Shown: positions 1-9,572, counted from the first letter of the stretch. The stretch is 64,000 nucleotides of DNA from Anaerohalosphaeraceae bacterium (GCA_963675525.2 CAXXSL010000013.1:576001-640000); one strand, 5' to 3'. The notes: generated by a model from the letters alone, not told the origin. Made by a program: numbers and translations.

Positions 1-778
1 ACAGTTGGTCGAGAAAATTGAGCAGGCCGAATATAAAACGGCCCGGAAAAGTAAATTTCTGGCCAACATGAGCCATGAGATCCGAACACCCATGAACTCG
101 ATCATCGGTTTTACCGAACTGCTTTTCAATGAAACGCTGTCGGACGAACAAAAAGAATACCTCCAAACGGTCCAAAACTCCGGCAAGGGGTTGCTGGAAC
201 TGATCAACGATATCCTCGATCTCTCCAAGATCGAATCGGGCGAGCTGAAAATCATAAAAGCACAATGCCCCATTCAAACCATCATGAATGATGTCCGATC
301 CATAATGGAACCCGGCATCGAGGCCAAAGAACTGACCTTTCAAGTGCAGAAAACAACGGGAACGCCCGACAACATCTACACGGATGCTCTTCGCTTGAAA
401 CAATGCCTGATCAACCTGATCAGCAACGCGATGAAATTCACCGAAGCCGGCACTGTTACACTGCAAGTAGACACGTACTTTGAAAAGAAACAACAGTGGC
501 TTCGCTTTGATGTCCAGGACACCGGCGTCGGCATCCCCACTGACAAACAGCAGGATATCTTTCGGGAATTCATTCAGGCCGAAGACAGCACTGCCCATAA
601 ATACGGCGGCACCGGCCTGGGGTTGTGCATTACGCAGCAGTTGACGGAAATGATGGGCGGCAAGATCACCCTGCAAAGTCAGGTCGGTCAGGGCACAACG
701 TTCTCGATCCATCTGCCCGTGGAAAAGCCCGCCATCGAACAAGATGTTCAGCCGCAGCAGTCCGGCACATCCGCATAG
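1..778 (+). CDS. Sensor histidine kinase, C-terminal part (HisKA + HATPase_c); probably 5'-truncated by the window edge
   Basis: H-box [15 protein letters not shown]-box [11 protein letters not shown]1 DTGVGI, G2 GGTGLGL. Confidence 0.9.
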   Translation, partial: QLVEKIEQAEYKTARKSKFLANMSHEIRTPMNSIIGFTELLFNETLSDEQKEYLQTVQNSGKGLLELINDILDLSKIESGELKIIKAQCPIQTIMNDVRSIMEPGIEAKELTFQVQKTTGTPDNIYTDALRLKQCLINLISNAMKFTEAGTVTLQVDTYFEKKQQWLRFDVQDTGVGIPTDKQQDIFREFIQAEDSTAHKYGGTGLGLCITQQLTEMMGGKITLQSQVGQGTTFSIHLPVEKPAIEQDVQPQQSGTSA

Positions 779-815
779 CCGATACCGCCACATCGAACAT
801 TCTACATTTGACATA

Positions 816-1406
816 CTAAGCCGCCCCGACCTTCACTTCGGTCACCAACTGCTGTGTTGCCGGCGACTGTTTTCGCTGGGCTTCTTTGAAGAGGTCGGAT
901 TGTTCGGGATAGAGCTGTTTGAATAATTCATTGCCATTGATAATCTCTTTTAGCGCTTTGGATTTTTCGCGGGCGGTTTTTAAATACCCCGCAATCCGCA
1001 CACCATATACACCGCCAACCAACCCCGCCAGCGCAATCCCTAATTCCATCGCGCTGTCGGCCAGCGTCCACACATCCGGACGCCTGGCCGCATCTGCTGC
1101 AGCGCTTATCGCCAGAGCCTCCGCATTTGACAACGCCGGCATTGATTCCGGCAGGCCGTAGTCGATCACAAACGCCTCGCTTTGTTGATGCGCCAATGCC
1201 GTCAATCCGCACAACTGCGACGAGACGTTTTCATCGGCGGCGGTTTCAGCCGCCATCGCGCAAACCTGTTCATGCAGCCAGGCATTTTGCTTTTGCGCTT
1301 CCGTGGCCGCAAACCGAAATCCGTCACAGCCACATAATAACAACATTATACAGGCCGCCAAACTGATCACTGATAACTGCTTACTTCTCACTGGTAACTG
1401 ATTCAT
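816..1406 (-). CDS. Hypothetical lipoprotein with a C-terminal transmembrane helix; possibly the last gene of the phage-like backbone
   Basis: ATG 1406 after GAAAGGAG; lipobox LLLCGC; hydrophobic ELGIALAGLVGGVYGVRIAGYL near the C-terminus. Confidence 0.7.
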   Translation of the reverse strand: MNQLPVRSKQLSVISLAACIMLLLCGCDGFRFAATEAQKQNAWLHEQVCAMAAETAADENVSSQLCGLTALAHQQSEAFVIDYGLPESMPALSNAEALAISAAADAARRPDVWTLADSAMELGIALAGLVGGVYGVRIAGYLKTAREKSKALKEIINGNELFKQLYPEQSDLFKEAQRKQSPATQQLVTEVKVGAA

Positions 1407-1427
1407 TTCCTGCTCCTTTCTCTCGTT

Positions 1428-1498
1428 GTCATCCTGAGTGAAACGAAGGATCTCCCCACCAACGCAGCGCAAAGATTCTTCACTTCGTTCAAAATGAC
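1428..1498. repeat. REP-type imperfect palindrome (GTCATCCTGAG...AAATGAC)
   Basis: GTCATCCTGAGTGAAACGAAGGATCT...AGATTCTTCACTTCGTTCAAAATGAC is self-complementary; a related half copy lies at about 18857-18883. Confidence 0.7.
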
Positions 1499-1766
1499 GG
1501 TTATTTAGTCCATATAGGGGGCGACAGGTAAATACCGCCCCCTGTAAATCCCGTTAATCCCGTCTAAAAATCCATTCTGTGTAAATCCATATAATCCGCG
1601 GTTTCATGGGTGAAATCTGACAATACTGGCGCTTTTTTATAAATATTGAACAATTTCCCCCCAAAAGAGTATAAATGTTGACTTACACCTGCGAGTTGAT
1701 ATCGTTGATAAGCAAGAGGTTTAATATCAAAATTGAAACCGTCTTTAAATGGATAGGAGAAACAAA

Positions 1767-2006
1767 ATGACCATCCGCAAAACACTTCTTTTAACCCTGA
1801 TTGTCGCGATTGCTTCGCTTGGCCTGACAGGTTGCAAGGAGAAGAGTGACCATTCAACCGCCGACCATCCCACCAAAGAGGCCGTGGTTGAACAGGCAAA
1901 CGAAGCAGCCGATCAGGCTGCAGAAACAGCCGAAGAAGCCGAAGAAACGGTGGAGAAAGCGGCCGCTGAACATCCAACCGAACACCCGACTGAACATCCG
2001 AAATAA
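1767..2006 (+). CDS. Small acidic lipoprotein with EHP repeats
   Basis: RBS AGGAG, lipobox LTGC, Ala/Glu-rich body, ends EHPTEHPTEHPK. Confidence 0.75.
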   Translation: MTIRKTLLLTLIVAIASLGLTGCKEKSDHSTADHPTKEAVVEQANEAADQAAETAEEAEETVEKAAAEHPTEHPTEHPK

Positions 2007-2018
2007 CGAAACGGCAGT

Positions 2019-3401
2019 ATGCAGTTTAGAAAAGTGAGAATGATCATGAGCTGGCGAATGCTAATACCAGCAGCCGTTGTTGTCTGCATGGCACTAAACG
2101 GTTGTGATAAGCCGTCGAACCCCGAACAAGATGACCTTGCCGCCTCGGTACCGAATGTGATCACAGCCGATATTCAGGCCGGCATCGAAAAACACATCGA
2201 CGAACAATCCCGTATCGGCAATGGTTTCTTTACGCTCGACTATGAGGGCAACCAACTCAAACTCAAACTGGTTCGCGTCCACACTGAGTACCTGGCCAAT
2301 CTGGGGCCGCGCAGTCATTTCGCTTGTGTGGATATGGCCACCTCCGATGGCGATGTGTATGACGTGGACTTTTTTCTGGCCGGTGACCCGGGGGCGATGA
2401 CCGTCACCGAAACCACCGTCCACAAGTTCAACGGTCAGCCCTATTATGTCTGGAAACAAAGTCGCGACAAAACCTGGCACCGCGCCGCTTTCGAGGACGC
2501 CCCGCCGGAAGTACTCGGCGCCATCAAAGGCAGCGACCAATTCGAGTTTCTCTACCGAGCGACGCTGCCGGAACTAACCGACGCAGCCCGAATGTGGATT
2601 CCCATCCCGACAACGGACGCTTTCCAGACCGTTGAGGTCACATCCATCAAGGCCCCGGGCAAATCGCAAATGCTGAAAGATTCTGAATACGGAAACAGTG
2701 TCCTGTTTTTGACACTGGGCACCGAAGACAGCGGTAAAACCGTCGAAATTCGCTGCAAGGTACACCGTCTTGAGAAAGGCGTTTACGAGTCCAAGGCTGA
2801 CGACCCGAAACAATACCTCAATCCTGAAAGTATGGTTCCCGCCGACGACCGATTCCGCGAGATCGCCGGAGAAGTCGTTGAGGGAAAAACCGGCGACCTG
2901 GTGCGCGCCCGTGCCCTGTATGACCATGTCATCAAGCGCATGCGCTACGCAAAGGCCGGCACCGGCTGGGGAAAAGGCGATGCCGTCTATGCCTGTGACG
3001 CACGCAGCGGCAACTGTACCGATTTTCATTCCTACTTCATCGCGTTGTGCAGGTCGGTCGGCATTCCCGCACGCTTTGCCATCGGGGTCGCTATTCCGTC
3101 CGAACGGAACGAAGGCGCCGCCGACGGCTATCATTGCTGGGCAGAGTTCTACACCGACAGCAAGTGGTGGCCCGTCGATATCAGCGAGGGCGACAAGTGC
3201 TCGCCCCTGTCCACTTACTACTTCGGCCACCATCCGGCCAACCGCGTGGAACTAAGCCGCGGCAGAGACCTCGTACTCGACCCGGGCCCGGCTTCCGGCC
3301 CCATCAACTTCCTGGCCTACCCCGTTCTGGAGATCGGCACAACACCCGCAAAGGCCAAAGTGATCTTTGCCTTCAACCGAACCGCACCCGACAAACGTTA
3401 A
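2019..3401 (+). CDS. Transglutaminase-like domain lipoprotein
   Basis: Catalytic motifs GNCTDFH, YHCWAEFY, WWPVD; lipobox LNGC. Start may be 2040 or 2046. Confidence 0.85.
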   Translation: MQFRKVRMIMSWRMLIPAAVVVCMALNGCDKPSNPEQDDLAASVPNVITADIQAGIEKHIDEQSRIGNGFFTLDYEGNQLKLKLVRVHTEYLANLGPRSHFACVDMATSDGDVYDVDFFLAGDPGAMTVTETTVHKFNGQPYYVWKQSRDKTWHRAAFEDAPPEVLGAIKGSDQFEFLYRATLPELTDAARMWIPIPTTDAFQTVEVTSIKAPGKSQMLKDSEYGNSVLFLTLGTEDSGKTVEIRCKVHRLEKGVYESKADDPKQYLNPESMVPADDRFREIAGEVVEGKTGDLVRARALYDHVIKRMRYAKAGTGWGKGDAVYACDARSGNCTDFHSYFIALCRSVGIPARFAIGVAIPSERNEGAADGYHCWAEFYTDSKWWPVDISEGDKCSPLSTYYFGHHPANRVELSRGRDLVLDPGPASGPINFLAYPVLEIGTTPAKAKVIFAFNRTAPDKR

Positions 3402-3764
3402 GGAAAGAAGAAACGCAACCGTCTATACCGTCATCCCGAATCCCGAAGGAATGAAAGTGAATTAGCCGGATGCGTCAGCCTCCGGTGAATTGAATCGAAA
3501 AATCCCATAGCCCTAAATGGGCAATATAGTATTCACAGTTGAGTTTAAGCCGCCGCAGGCGGTGTAATGTTGTAGCCACGGGCGTCAGTCCGTGGAGAAA
3601 ATGGGCATTCCAACCGTAAGAGCCCGCGTAGCGGGCGACATAAATAACCGAACACAATACCGTCCCCTGCGGGGACTCAATAAGAATTGCCACATCCCTT
3701 CCCACACCCTCACGGGTGTGGCTACAACATGCCGCCCTCCGGGCTGAAAAACTTACCCCTTGCC
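3283..3764 (+). repeat. Direct repeat copy A (3' tail of the transglutaminase gene plus a composite REP/BIME-like element)
   Basis: Nearly identical to 5038-5520; contains palindromes TTAGCCGGATGCGTCAGCCTCCGG, CCACGGGCGTCAGTCCGTGG, GCCCGCGTAGCGGGC, GTCCCCTGCGGGGAC, CCACACCCTCACGGGTGTGG. Confidence 0.95.
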
Positions 3765-3788
3765 GGCCCCTCTTGTACCCGCTATACT
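3760..3788 (+). promoter_or_regulatory. Putative sigma70 promoter for cargo A
   Basis: TTGCCG-17 nt-TATACT, 33 nt upstream of ATG 3822. Confidence 0.6.
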
Positions 3789-3821
3789 ATCAACCAACAA
3801 AATCAATTTGGAAAGAATACC

Positions 3822-4211
3822 ATGAAAACCAAATGCCCGCATTGCAAACATCTGTTTGAAGTTGAAGATGAGTTCAAAAGCAAAGACGTTTATTGCCATA
3901 GTTGCAAGCGATCTTTTGAAGCTGAGTCATATCTTGATGAAGTTGCTGCGAATTTACAGAAAGATGCCCAGGAAATCCCCAACCCTCCTCTGTTTGAACA
4001 CTCCAGCTCTGGTATTCGATCTTGCGGCACTTTCTTGGTTGTTGGTGGTGTCCTGTGCGGAATTTTTCTAAACGGGATGGCCGGCCTCATCGCTTTCATC
4101 GGTGGTGCTATCATGATTGCTCTGGGAAGTATTCTGAAGCGACTTGAGCATATCGATCAAAATATCGAAAAAATGCACTCCGAGACAAATTCCAGAAAAC
4201 CGGATTCTTAA
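3822..4211 (+). CDS. Zinc-ribbon membrane protein
   Basis: N-terminal CPHC...CHSC, two hydrophobic helices near the C-terminus. Confidence 0.8.
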   Translation: MKTKCPHCKHLFEVEDEFKSKDVYCHSCKRSFEAESYLDEVAANLQKDAQEIPNPPLFEHSSSGIRSCGTFLVVGGVLCGIFLNGMAGLIAFIGGAIMIALGSILKRLEHIDQNIEKMHSETNSRKPDS

Positions 4212-4282
4212 ATTCCACCCAATATCAAATCTCCGGCAGCAATACTATTGACCAGCAAAACCAAACAAAAAGGAATAAAACC

Positions 4283-4924
4283 ATGACAAAAAAGGAATTC
4301 ATCTGGCTGGTGATACGATTTCTCGGCATCTTTAAACTGATTCTTTCATTGCGAGTGATCCTTAATGCACTCCCTTCTTTTGTTCCATTGCTGACACTTC
4401 TGCCTCCACTCGGTGCGTCAGAACAAGTTGTCTTTTTCGGTTTACTGGGTATATTACTGGACGCGGTCGTTGATATACTGATTGTGATTTACCTGCTCTT
4501 CTTCGGTAAAACCATCTTCAAAATCGTCCATCGAACATCAAATCAGACTTTAGAGGCCGTCTTAGAAAAACAGGACTATATTGAAATACTTATTCGTTTC
4601 ATTGGCTTCTGGTGGCTGTGGAAAATTGTTCTTCGGATATACCACCTGATAAGTGGATGCCTGTTGATCTTTGTTTTTTCACACCCGGAAAGGTTTCTGC
4701 TGGCAAATTATATCGATCAGGAAATGTCCGACAAGTTCATGACCAAAGTCGTGGAACTTACCCGGCAAAATATAGCGTGGTACACTCCGGCCTATATTCT
4801 GCTCTATGCGGCATTGGCTTGGTACTTCCTGAAACACGGCAGACTTTTCATCAATGTCTTAAACCGCCTCTGGCTTGGAAAAAACACAGAAAACCTGAAC
4901 CAAAATCCCGTTGATCCCGTCTAA
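4283..4924 (+). CDS. Hypothetical integral membrane protein with internal duplication
   Basis: Several TM helices; halves repeat IRFLG/IRFIG and YLLFFGKTI/YFLKHGRLF; RBS AAGGA. Confidence 0.75.
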   Translation: MTKKEFIWLVIRFLGIFKLILSLRVILNALPSFVPLLTLLPPLGASEQVVFFGLLGILLDAVVDILIVIYLLFFGKTIFKIVHRTSNQTLEAVLEKQDYIEILIRFIGFWWLWKIVLRIYHLISGCLLIFVFSHPERFLLANYIDQEMSDKFMTKVVELTRQNIAWYTPAYILLYAALAWYFLKHGRLFINVLNRLWLGKNTENLNQNPVDPV

Positions 4925-4937
4925 AAAAATCAGTGTG

Positions 4938-5047
4938 AATCCGCGATGTATTAATCACCGAGGTCAATATCATACTCGCCCAGCTTTAGCGGATACTGGC
5001 CATACTCGCGGACCAGCTTGACGATCATATCATACGTCGGGCCCGGC
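4938..5047 (-). pseudogene. Duplicated 3' end of the UROD-family gene
   Basis: 110 bp nearly identical to 6449-6558. Confidence 0.95.
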
Positions 5048-5520
5048 TTCCGGCCCCATCAACTTCCTGGCCTACCCCGTCCTGGAGATCGGCACAACAC
5101 CCGCAAAAGCCAAAGTGATCTTTGCCTTCAACCGAACCGCACCCGACAAACGTTAAGGTAAAGAAGAAACGCAACCGTCTATACCGTCATCCCGAATCCC
5201 GAAGGAATGAAAGTGAATTAGCCGGATGCGTCAGCCTCCGGTGAATTGAAACGAAAAATCCCATAGCCCTAAATGGGCAATATAGTATTCACAGTTGAGT
5301 TTAAGCCGCCGCAGGCGGTGTAATGTTGTAGCCACGGGCGTCAGTCCGTGGAGGAAATGGGCATTCCAACCCTAAGAGCCCGCGTAGCGGGCGACATAAA
5401 TAACCGAACACAATACCGTCCCCTGCGGGGACTCAATAAGAATTGCCACATCCCTTCCCACACCCTCACGGGTGTGGCTACAACATGCCGCCCTCCGGGC
5501 TGAAAAACTTACCCCTTGCC
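5038..5520 (+). repeat. Direct repeat copy B of 3283-3764
   Basis: By eye, about 5 substitutions and one 1-nt indel relative to copy A. Confidence 0.95.
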
Positions 5521-5544
5521 CGGATAATAATCGGCGGTTATACT
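5516..5544 (+). promoter_or_regulatory. Putative sigma70 promoter for cargo B
   Basis: TTGCCC-17 nt-TATACT, upstream of GAGGA RBS and ATG 5576. Confidence 0.6.
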
Positions 5545-5575
5545 ACTTTAATATAACTAAAGAGGACATGTAGAT

Positions 5576-6385
5576 ATGAAACAATATTTCCGAGAAATAA
5601 ACCTATCTGTCTTGATGTTGTTATTGATACTTTCGGCAGGATTCACAATTCTTTGCTTTTTCACCTCTGCTAATTATCATCACTTCGATTATTATATTTT
5701 ATTCTATGGAATCGCTCTCATATTGTCTCTGATATGTGCAATCAAAATCAGAAAAATCTGCAAGCCAATATGGATACTCACCCTTATTTGGATTATTTTT
5801 CTACTTCATAATTTCGTTTTTATCCGAGACCTTTATCTTACCCCCGCTTTTTTTATTTTCTATGTTATTGTTTTGACAGTCCTCTGGTCTTATATTACAT
5901 ATTTTTCCCTTTTCAATCCTCAAAAAAAGTATTGTTTAATTGGGTGGCTCGGGATTTTTATCGTTCTGAATTTATTAACAGGATGGGTTGCATGGTTTTC
6001 AGGAGACAATATCCTTTCCAAAAAACACGCTCAGAATTTGCTTATCTGCCGCGAAAAAACTTTGCAGATTGTCGAACGCATTCAAGAATACCAGCAAACA
6101 TATGGTATATTCCCCCAAGCACTCGACCAAATGAATCTATCATCGGAACTGACAACTCTTCCGGCAACAGAATTTGAATATCAGGCTGAAAGCAATATTT
6201 ATTTTTCTTTGGGCTTCGATGATATTTTACTTACCAGCATTCACTGGCCGGAAAGATATGAATACGAATATGTTAAAATTGATAGTGAACCCATGAGAGA
6301 TGGCTGGGAACATGATCCCCTTGAGACGATTCACACTCTCGATGCCTCTATCATCCCGGAACATCAGAAATCGAAAGATTATTAA
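5576..6385 (+). CDS. AT-rich hypothetical membrane protein
   Basis: About 5 TM helices followed by a soluble domain (IQEYQQTYGIFPQALDQM); visibly low GC. Confidence 0.75.
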   Translation: MKQYFREINLSVLMLLLILSAGFTILCFFTSANYHHFDYYILFYGIALILSLICAIKIRKICKPIWILTLIWIIFLLHNFVFIRDLYLTPAFFIFYVIVLTVLWSYITYFSLFNPQKKYCLIGWLGIFIVLNLLTGWVAWFSGDNILSKKHAQNLLICREKTLQIVERIQEYQQTYGIFPQALDQMNLSSELTTLPATEFEYQAESNIYFSLGFDDILLTSIHWPERYEYEYVKIDSEPMRDGWEHDPLETIHTLDASIIPEHQKSKDY

Positions 6386-6461
6386 AGCTAATATCCTGAA
6401 AACGATGGCACCGCTAAGCTCATAAAAAAGATCCGTTTAAATCTGCGCAATCCGCGATGTA

Positions 6462-7670
6462 TTAATCACCGAGGTCAATATCATACTCGCCCAGCTTTAG
6501 CGGATACTGGCCATACTCGCGAACCAGCTTGACGATCATATCATACGTCGGCCCCGGCACATCGCTGGCCACGGAATGATCGGACTGGAAGATATAGCCG
6601 CCGCCTTTTGCGGCGTTGAGTTTGCGCAGCACTTCGACGCGGATGGCCTCCTCGTCGGCGGTCTCCCACACCTGCATATTGCTGTTGCCGCAGATGCCCA
6701 GTTTGTTCCCATACTCCCTGCGCAGGTCCACCGCGTCCAGTCCCGCCTTGGCCTCCAGCGGATTCATCGCATCGATCCCGATCTCGATATAATCGGGCAG
6801 AATCGCATTGACATTGCCGCACCCGTGGTAAATCACCATCAGCCCCTGCGCATGCGCGTAATCGGCAATCGCTTTAACCGTCGGCTTGAAATACTGCCGC
6901 CAGTAGTCGGGGGAGAAAAACATATTGTTCTTGTATGCTACATCGCCCCAGATGACGAATCCGTCCAGAAGCCCTTTGGCCGCGTCGATCTGTGCTTTGG
7001 CACATTCAAGATAAAACGCCCCGATCCGGTTGATCACCTTGCCCATCCGCTCGGGGTACATCCCGATCCAGAGCATATTATTAGCCGGGCCGATCAGCCG
7101 CGTCAGGCATTCATTGCTCTCGATGATACTGCCGAACACCGGAAAATCCGGCCGCAGCGACTGCACCGTCTCGATCCACGCCGGCGAATTCCGCTCAAAC
7201 CCGTCCCCCACGCCGGCGATCTGGTTGTCGCCCGCTTCAAAATAACGCCGCCGGTCCCAGGGATCGTCAAATTCCAGAGCTTCGAGTTTTTCAATCGTAT
7301 CGGCATCGAATCCGATAAACTCCGGCATTGGTGCATTAAACTTTTTCCGCATCACCGCCCCGAAGCCGGTTTTTACAATGACCTGCTCGTCGCTTTCTTC
7401 CAGCATTTCAAACGGCCGGATAAACGGGTCCATATTCGGCACCGTCACGATCCAGTCCAGGTCGTAATGATAATACGGATTCGCATCATCAGGCAGATTC
7501 AGTTCGTTGCGCCAGCGTTTTATAAATCCGCCCCAGAAAAAATCGCTGATCGGCACCCGGTCCGGTTCTTCGTGCCGCAGCGTCGTCCGCATCCGCTCCA
7601 GTTTCGCCAGTGTGCTCGCCTTGCGGCCTCCCTGGTCACCGCCTTGTCCCGTCGTATCAAACATGCCCAT
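6462..7670 (-). CDS. Uroporphyrinogen decarboxylase / MtaA-CmuA superfamily protein
   Basis: HEEPDRVP, WGDVAYKNNMFFSP, YHGCGNV, GGGYIFQSDHSV. Confidence 0.85.
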   Translation of the reverse strand: MGMFDTTGQGGDQGGRKASTLAKLERMRTTLRHEEPDRVPISDFFWGGFIKRWRNELNLPDDANPYYHYDLDWIVTVPNMDPFIRPFEMLEESDEQVIVKTGFGAVMRKKFNAPMPEFIGFDADTIEKLEALEFDDPWDRRRYFEAGDNQIAGVGDGFERNSPAWIETVQSLRPDFPVFGSIIESNECLTRLIGPANNMLWIGMYPERMGKVINRIGAFYLECAKAQIDAAKGLLDGFVIWGDVAYKNNMFFSPDYWRQYFKPTVKAIADYAHAQGLMVIYHGCGNVNAILPDYIEIGIDAMNPLEAKAGLDAVDLRREYGNKLGICGNSNMQVWETADEEAIRVEVLRKLNAAKGGGYIFQSDHSVASDVPGPTYDMIVKLVREYGQYPLKLGEYDIDLGD

Positions 7671-7703
7671 GAATCTGTCTCCAGATTGTTTTTTCTCGTC
7701 GAT

Positions 7704-8807
7704 TTATTTCATTAAAACTACTTCAACCGCTTCACTCGCCTGCAGGCCAAGGTAGTTGCCGTAGGTCAATAACAGCACCGAGACCATCAGCACCAGCAAT
7801 CCCAACACGATCACGATGCGTGTACGAACCGAACAGCCCTTCCACTCGCGGAACAGGATGCCGGTCAGGTTGCTGAAAAGCACCAGCATAATCATGTGAA
7901 TCGCCCAGCTTGTAAATTCATACTGCCCCATCCGTACATGCCCGAGATTATAAAAGAAGAACTGGCCGTACCACAGCGTCCCGGTCAATATCGCAAAGAT
8001 ATAATTACGCACCAGGCTGGCCCGTTCGGAACCGTCTTTGAGACGGACAAATTCACCGAACGAACGATTTTTCCGCGCCAGATAGATACAATAAATCATC
8101 GAGGTCACGAAGGCCCCGGTGTTGGCCGTCAGGTAAGCGACGTTCCCCTTCCAGTGTCCCGCTCCGTAAGACTCGGCGATCGCGATCACCGGCTTGGACA
8201 CATCCAGTGCAAATCCGTACACCGCCGAAAGCACGCCCGCCACCAGCGACAACCCCAACCCTTTGAGCAGATTGAACTCGCCCGTTCCCGAAGACTGCTG
8301 CGTCAGGTCCCGTTCTTTAAGCCGGCCGGCAATGCCGCAGACAGCAATTCCCAACGCACCGACGGCCACGCCGGACAGGACCCAGCCGGAGCCGGTCTTT
8401 GATAAAATTGTTCCAAATTCTCCGCGCACCAGCGGCGGCACGAGTGTGCCCAATATCGCCGAAAGCCCTACCGCGATGGCATACGTCAGCGCAAAGCCGA
8501 TGTAACGAATGGACAGATTGAATGCGATCCCGCCAACGCCGTACGCCATGCTGAATAAAAACGACCACACAAGAGCCATTGGACAATCGCGTACTGCATC
8601 CCCCATGACGTTTGCCAAATCCGGAATCGTCAGCATCGCCCCGATGATCGGCCACAGCAGCCAGCACCACACCGCCTGAATCATCCAAAACGTTTCCCAT
8701 GACCACCGGCGTACTAATTTCTGCGGCGCATAACAATTCGCCGCCAGCGTCGCCCCGATGCCGTGCAGTCCGGTCCCCAGCAGTGGATTGGGAGCTATTG
8801 GAATCAT
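7704..8807 (-). CDS. rhaT: L-rhamnose/proton symporter RhaT family
   Basis: About 10 TM helices, WSWETFW motif, C-terminal REWKG; adjacent to rhaM. Confidence 0.85.
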   Translation of the reverse strand: MIPIAPNPLLGTGLHGIGATLAANCYAPQKLVRRWSWETFWMIQAVWCWLLWPIIGAMLTIPDLANVMGDAVRDCPMALVWSFLFSMAYGVGGIAFNLSIRYIGFALTYAIAVGLSAILGTLVPPLVRGEFGTILSKTGSGWVLSGVAVGALGIAVCGIAGRLKERDLTQQSSGTGEFNLLKGLGLSLVAGVLSAVYGFALDVSKPVIAIAESYGAGHWKGNVAYLTANTGAFVTSMIYCIYLARKNRSFGEFVRLKDGSERASLVRNYIFAILTGTLWYGQFFFYNLGHVRMGQYEFTSWAIHMIMLVLFSNLTGILFREWKGCSVRTRIVIVLGLLVLMVSVLLLTYGNYLGLQASEAVEVVLMK

Positions 8808-8859
8808 CGATCCATCCTTTCAATAACCTCGCTGCTTACAGACAGCTATTTATGTGTGA

Positions 8860-9198
8860 TTAATCGCAATGAAAAACCTCGTCCATCGATGCCCACCATT
8901 CGTTTTCGGCGCGATCCGCAAACGGCTCATGGCAGGGTTTGCAGACATCCCACCACTTTTGTGTCGTCGGGTCCGCCGCCATCACCGCCATGTCCGCATC
9001 AAAATCATCCCCTGTATATTCAAAATAGCTGAACAGATAATACTTTCCATCCGGCAGCTTTCTCAAATAAATCGAATAATTCTGAATATGACACTGCTCA
9101 ATCATCGCCAGCACATCGGGCCAGACATCGGCATGCAGCCGGACATACTCATCCAGTTTCTCCGGCTTGACCTCTATGACACTTCCAAAACGCTTCAT
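8860..9198 (-). CDS. rhaM: L-rhamnose mutarotase
   Basis: EYVRLHADVWP, IQNYSIYL, TQKWW, MDEVFH; ATG 9198 after GAAAGGAGG. Confidence 0.9.
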   Translation of the reverse strand: MKRFGSVIEVKPEKLDEYVRLHADVWPDVLAMIEQCHIQNYSIYLRKLPDGKYYLFSYFEYTGDDFDADMAVMAADPTTQKWWDVCKPCHEPFADRAENEWWASMDEVFHCD

Positions 9199-9279
9199 GG
9201 GCCTCCTTTCATTTAAGCGAGTTATTATTACTGCATGCGAAGTATTATAAGGCAATGCAATCCAACTTGTCAACATTAT

Positions 9280-9543
9280 TTATCGTGTCATTTCCGCTTC
9301 ACTATTTTGTTCGATACCGCGCAGACGGTATTCGTGGGCAATGGTCTTTTCCTGCAATTCGTCCAGTTTTTCACAGAATTTCTCCTGTGTTGTCAATAGC
9401 TGTTTGACATCATGGCTGACGATATCGAGCTGCCGCTGCAGGTTCACCCAACTGCCCACGATCAGCCCCGCCAGCGTCAGCAACTGCACCAGCACCGACA
9501 CACTAACCCGCCGCTCCAACCGCCAGCGTTTATTTCGTTCCAT
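9280..9543 (-). CDS. Small single-TM plus coiled-coil protein (holin/XhlA-like topology), phage-like backbone
   Basis: 87 aa; basic N-terminus, one TM, heptad-like tail ending HEYRLRGIE; directly downstream of 9573-10232. Confidence 0.65.
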   Translation of the reverse strand: MERNKRWRLERRVSVSVLVQLLTLAGLIVGSWVNLQRQLDIVSHDVKQLLTTQEKFCEKLDELQEKTIAHEYRLRGIEQNSEAEMTR

Positions 9544-9572
9544 AATTAACTCCCTTCGGAAAAGATCGACGA

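Noticed and set aside
3283..6558. Integron cassette array or insertion sequence
   Set aside because: No integrase or clear attC boxes seen; the repeats include tails of flanking genes and have no transposase or terminal inverted repeats.
6576..7715. Long antisense ORFs (also 11216-12148, 2574-3233, 36486-37127, 25435-26064)
   Set aside because: They shadow well-supported genes on the other strand and show no motifs.
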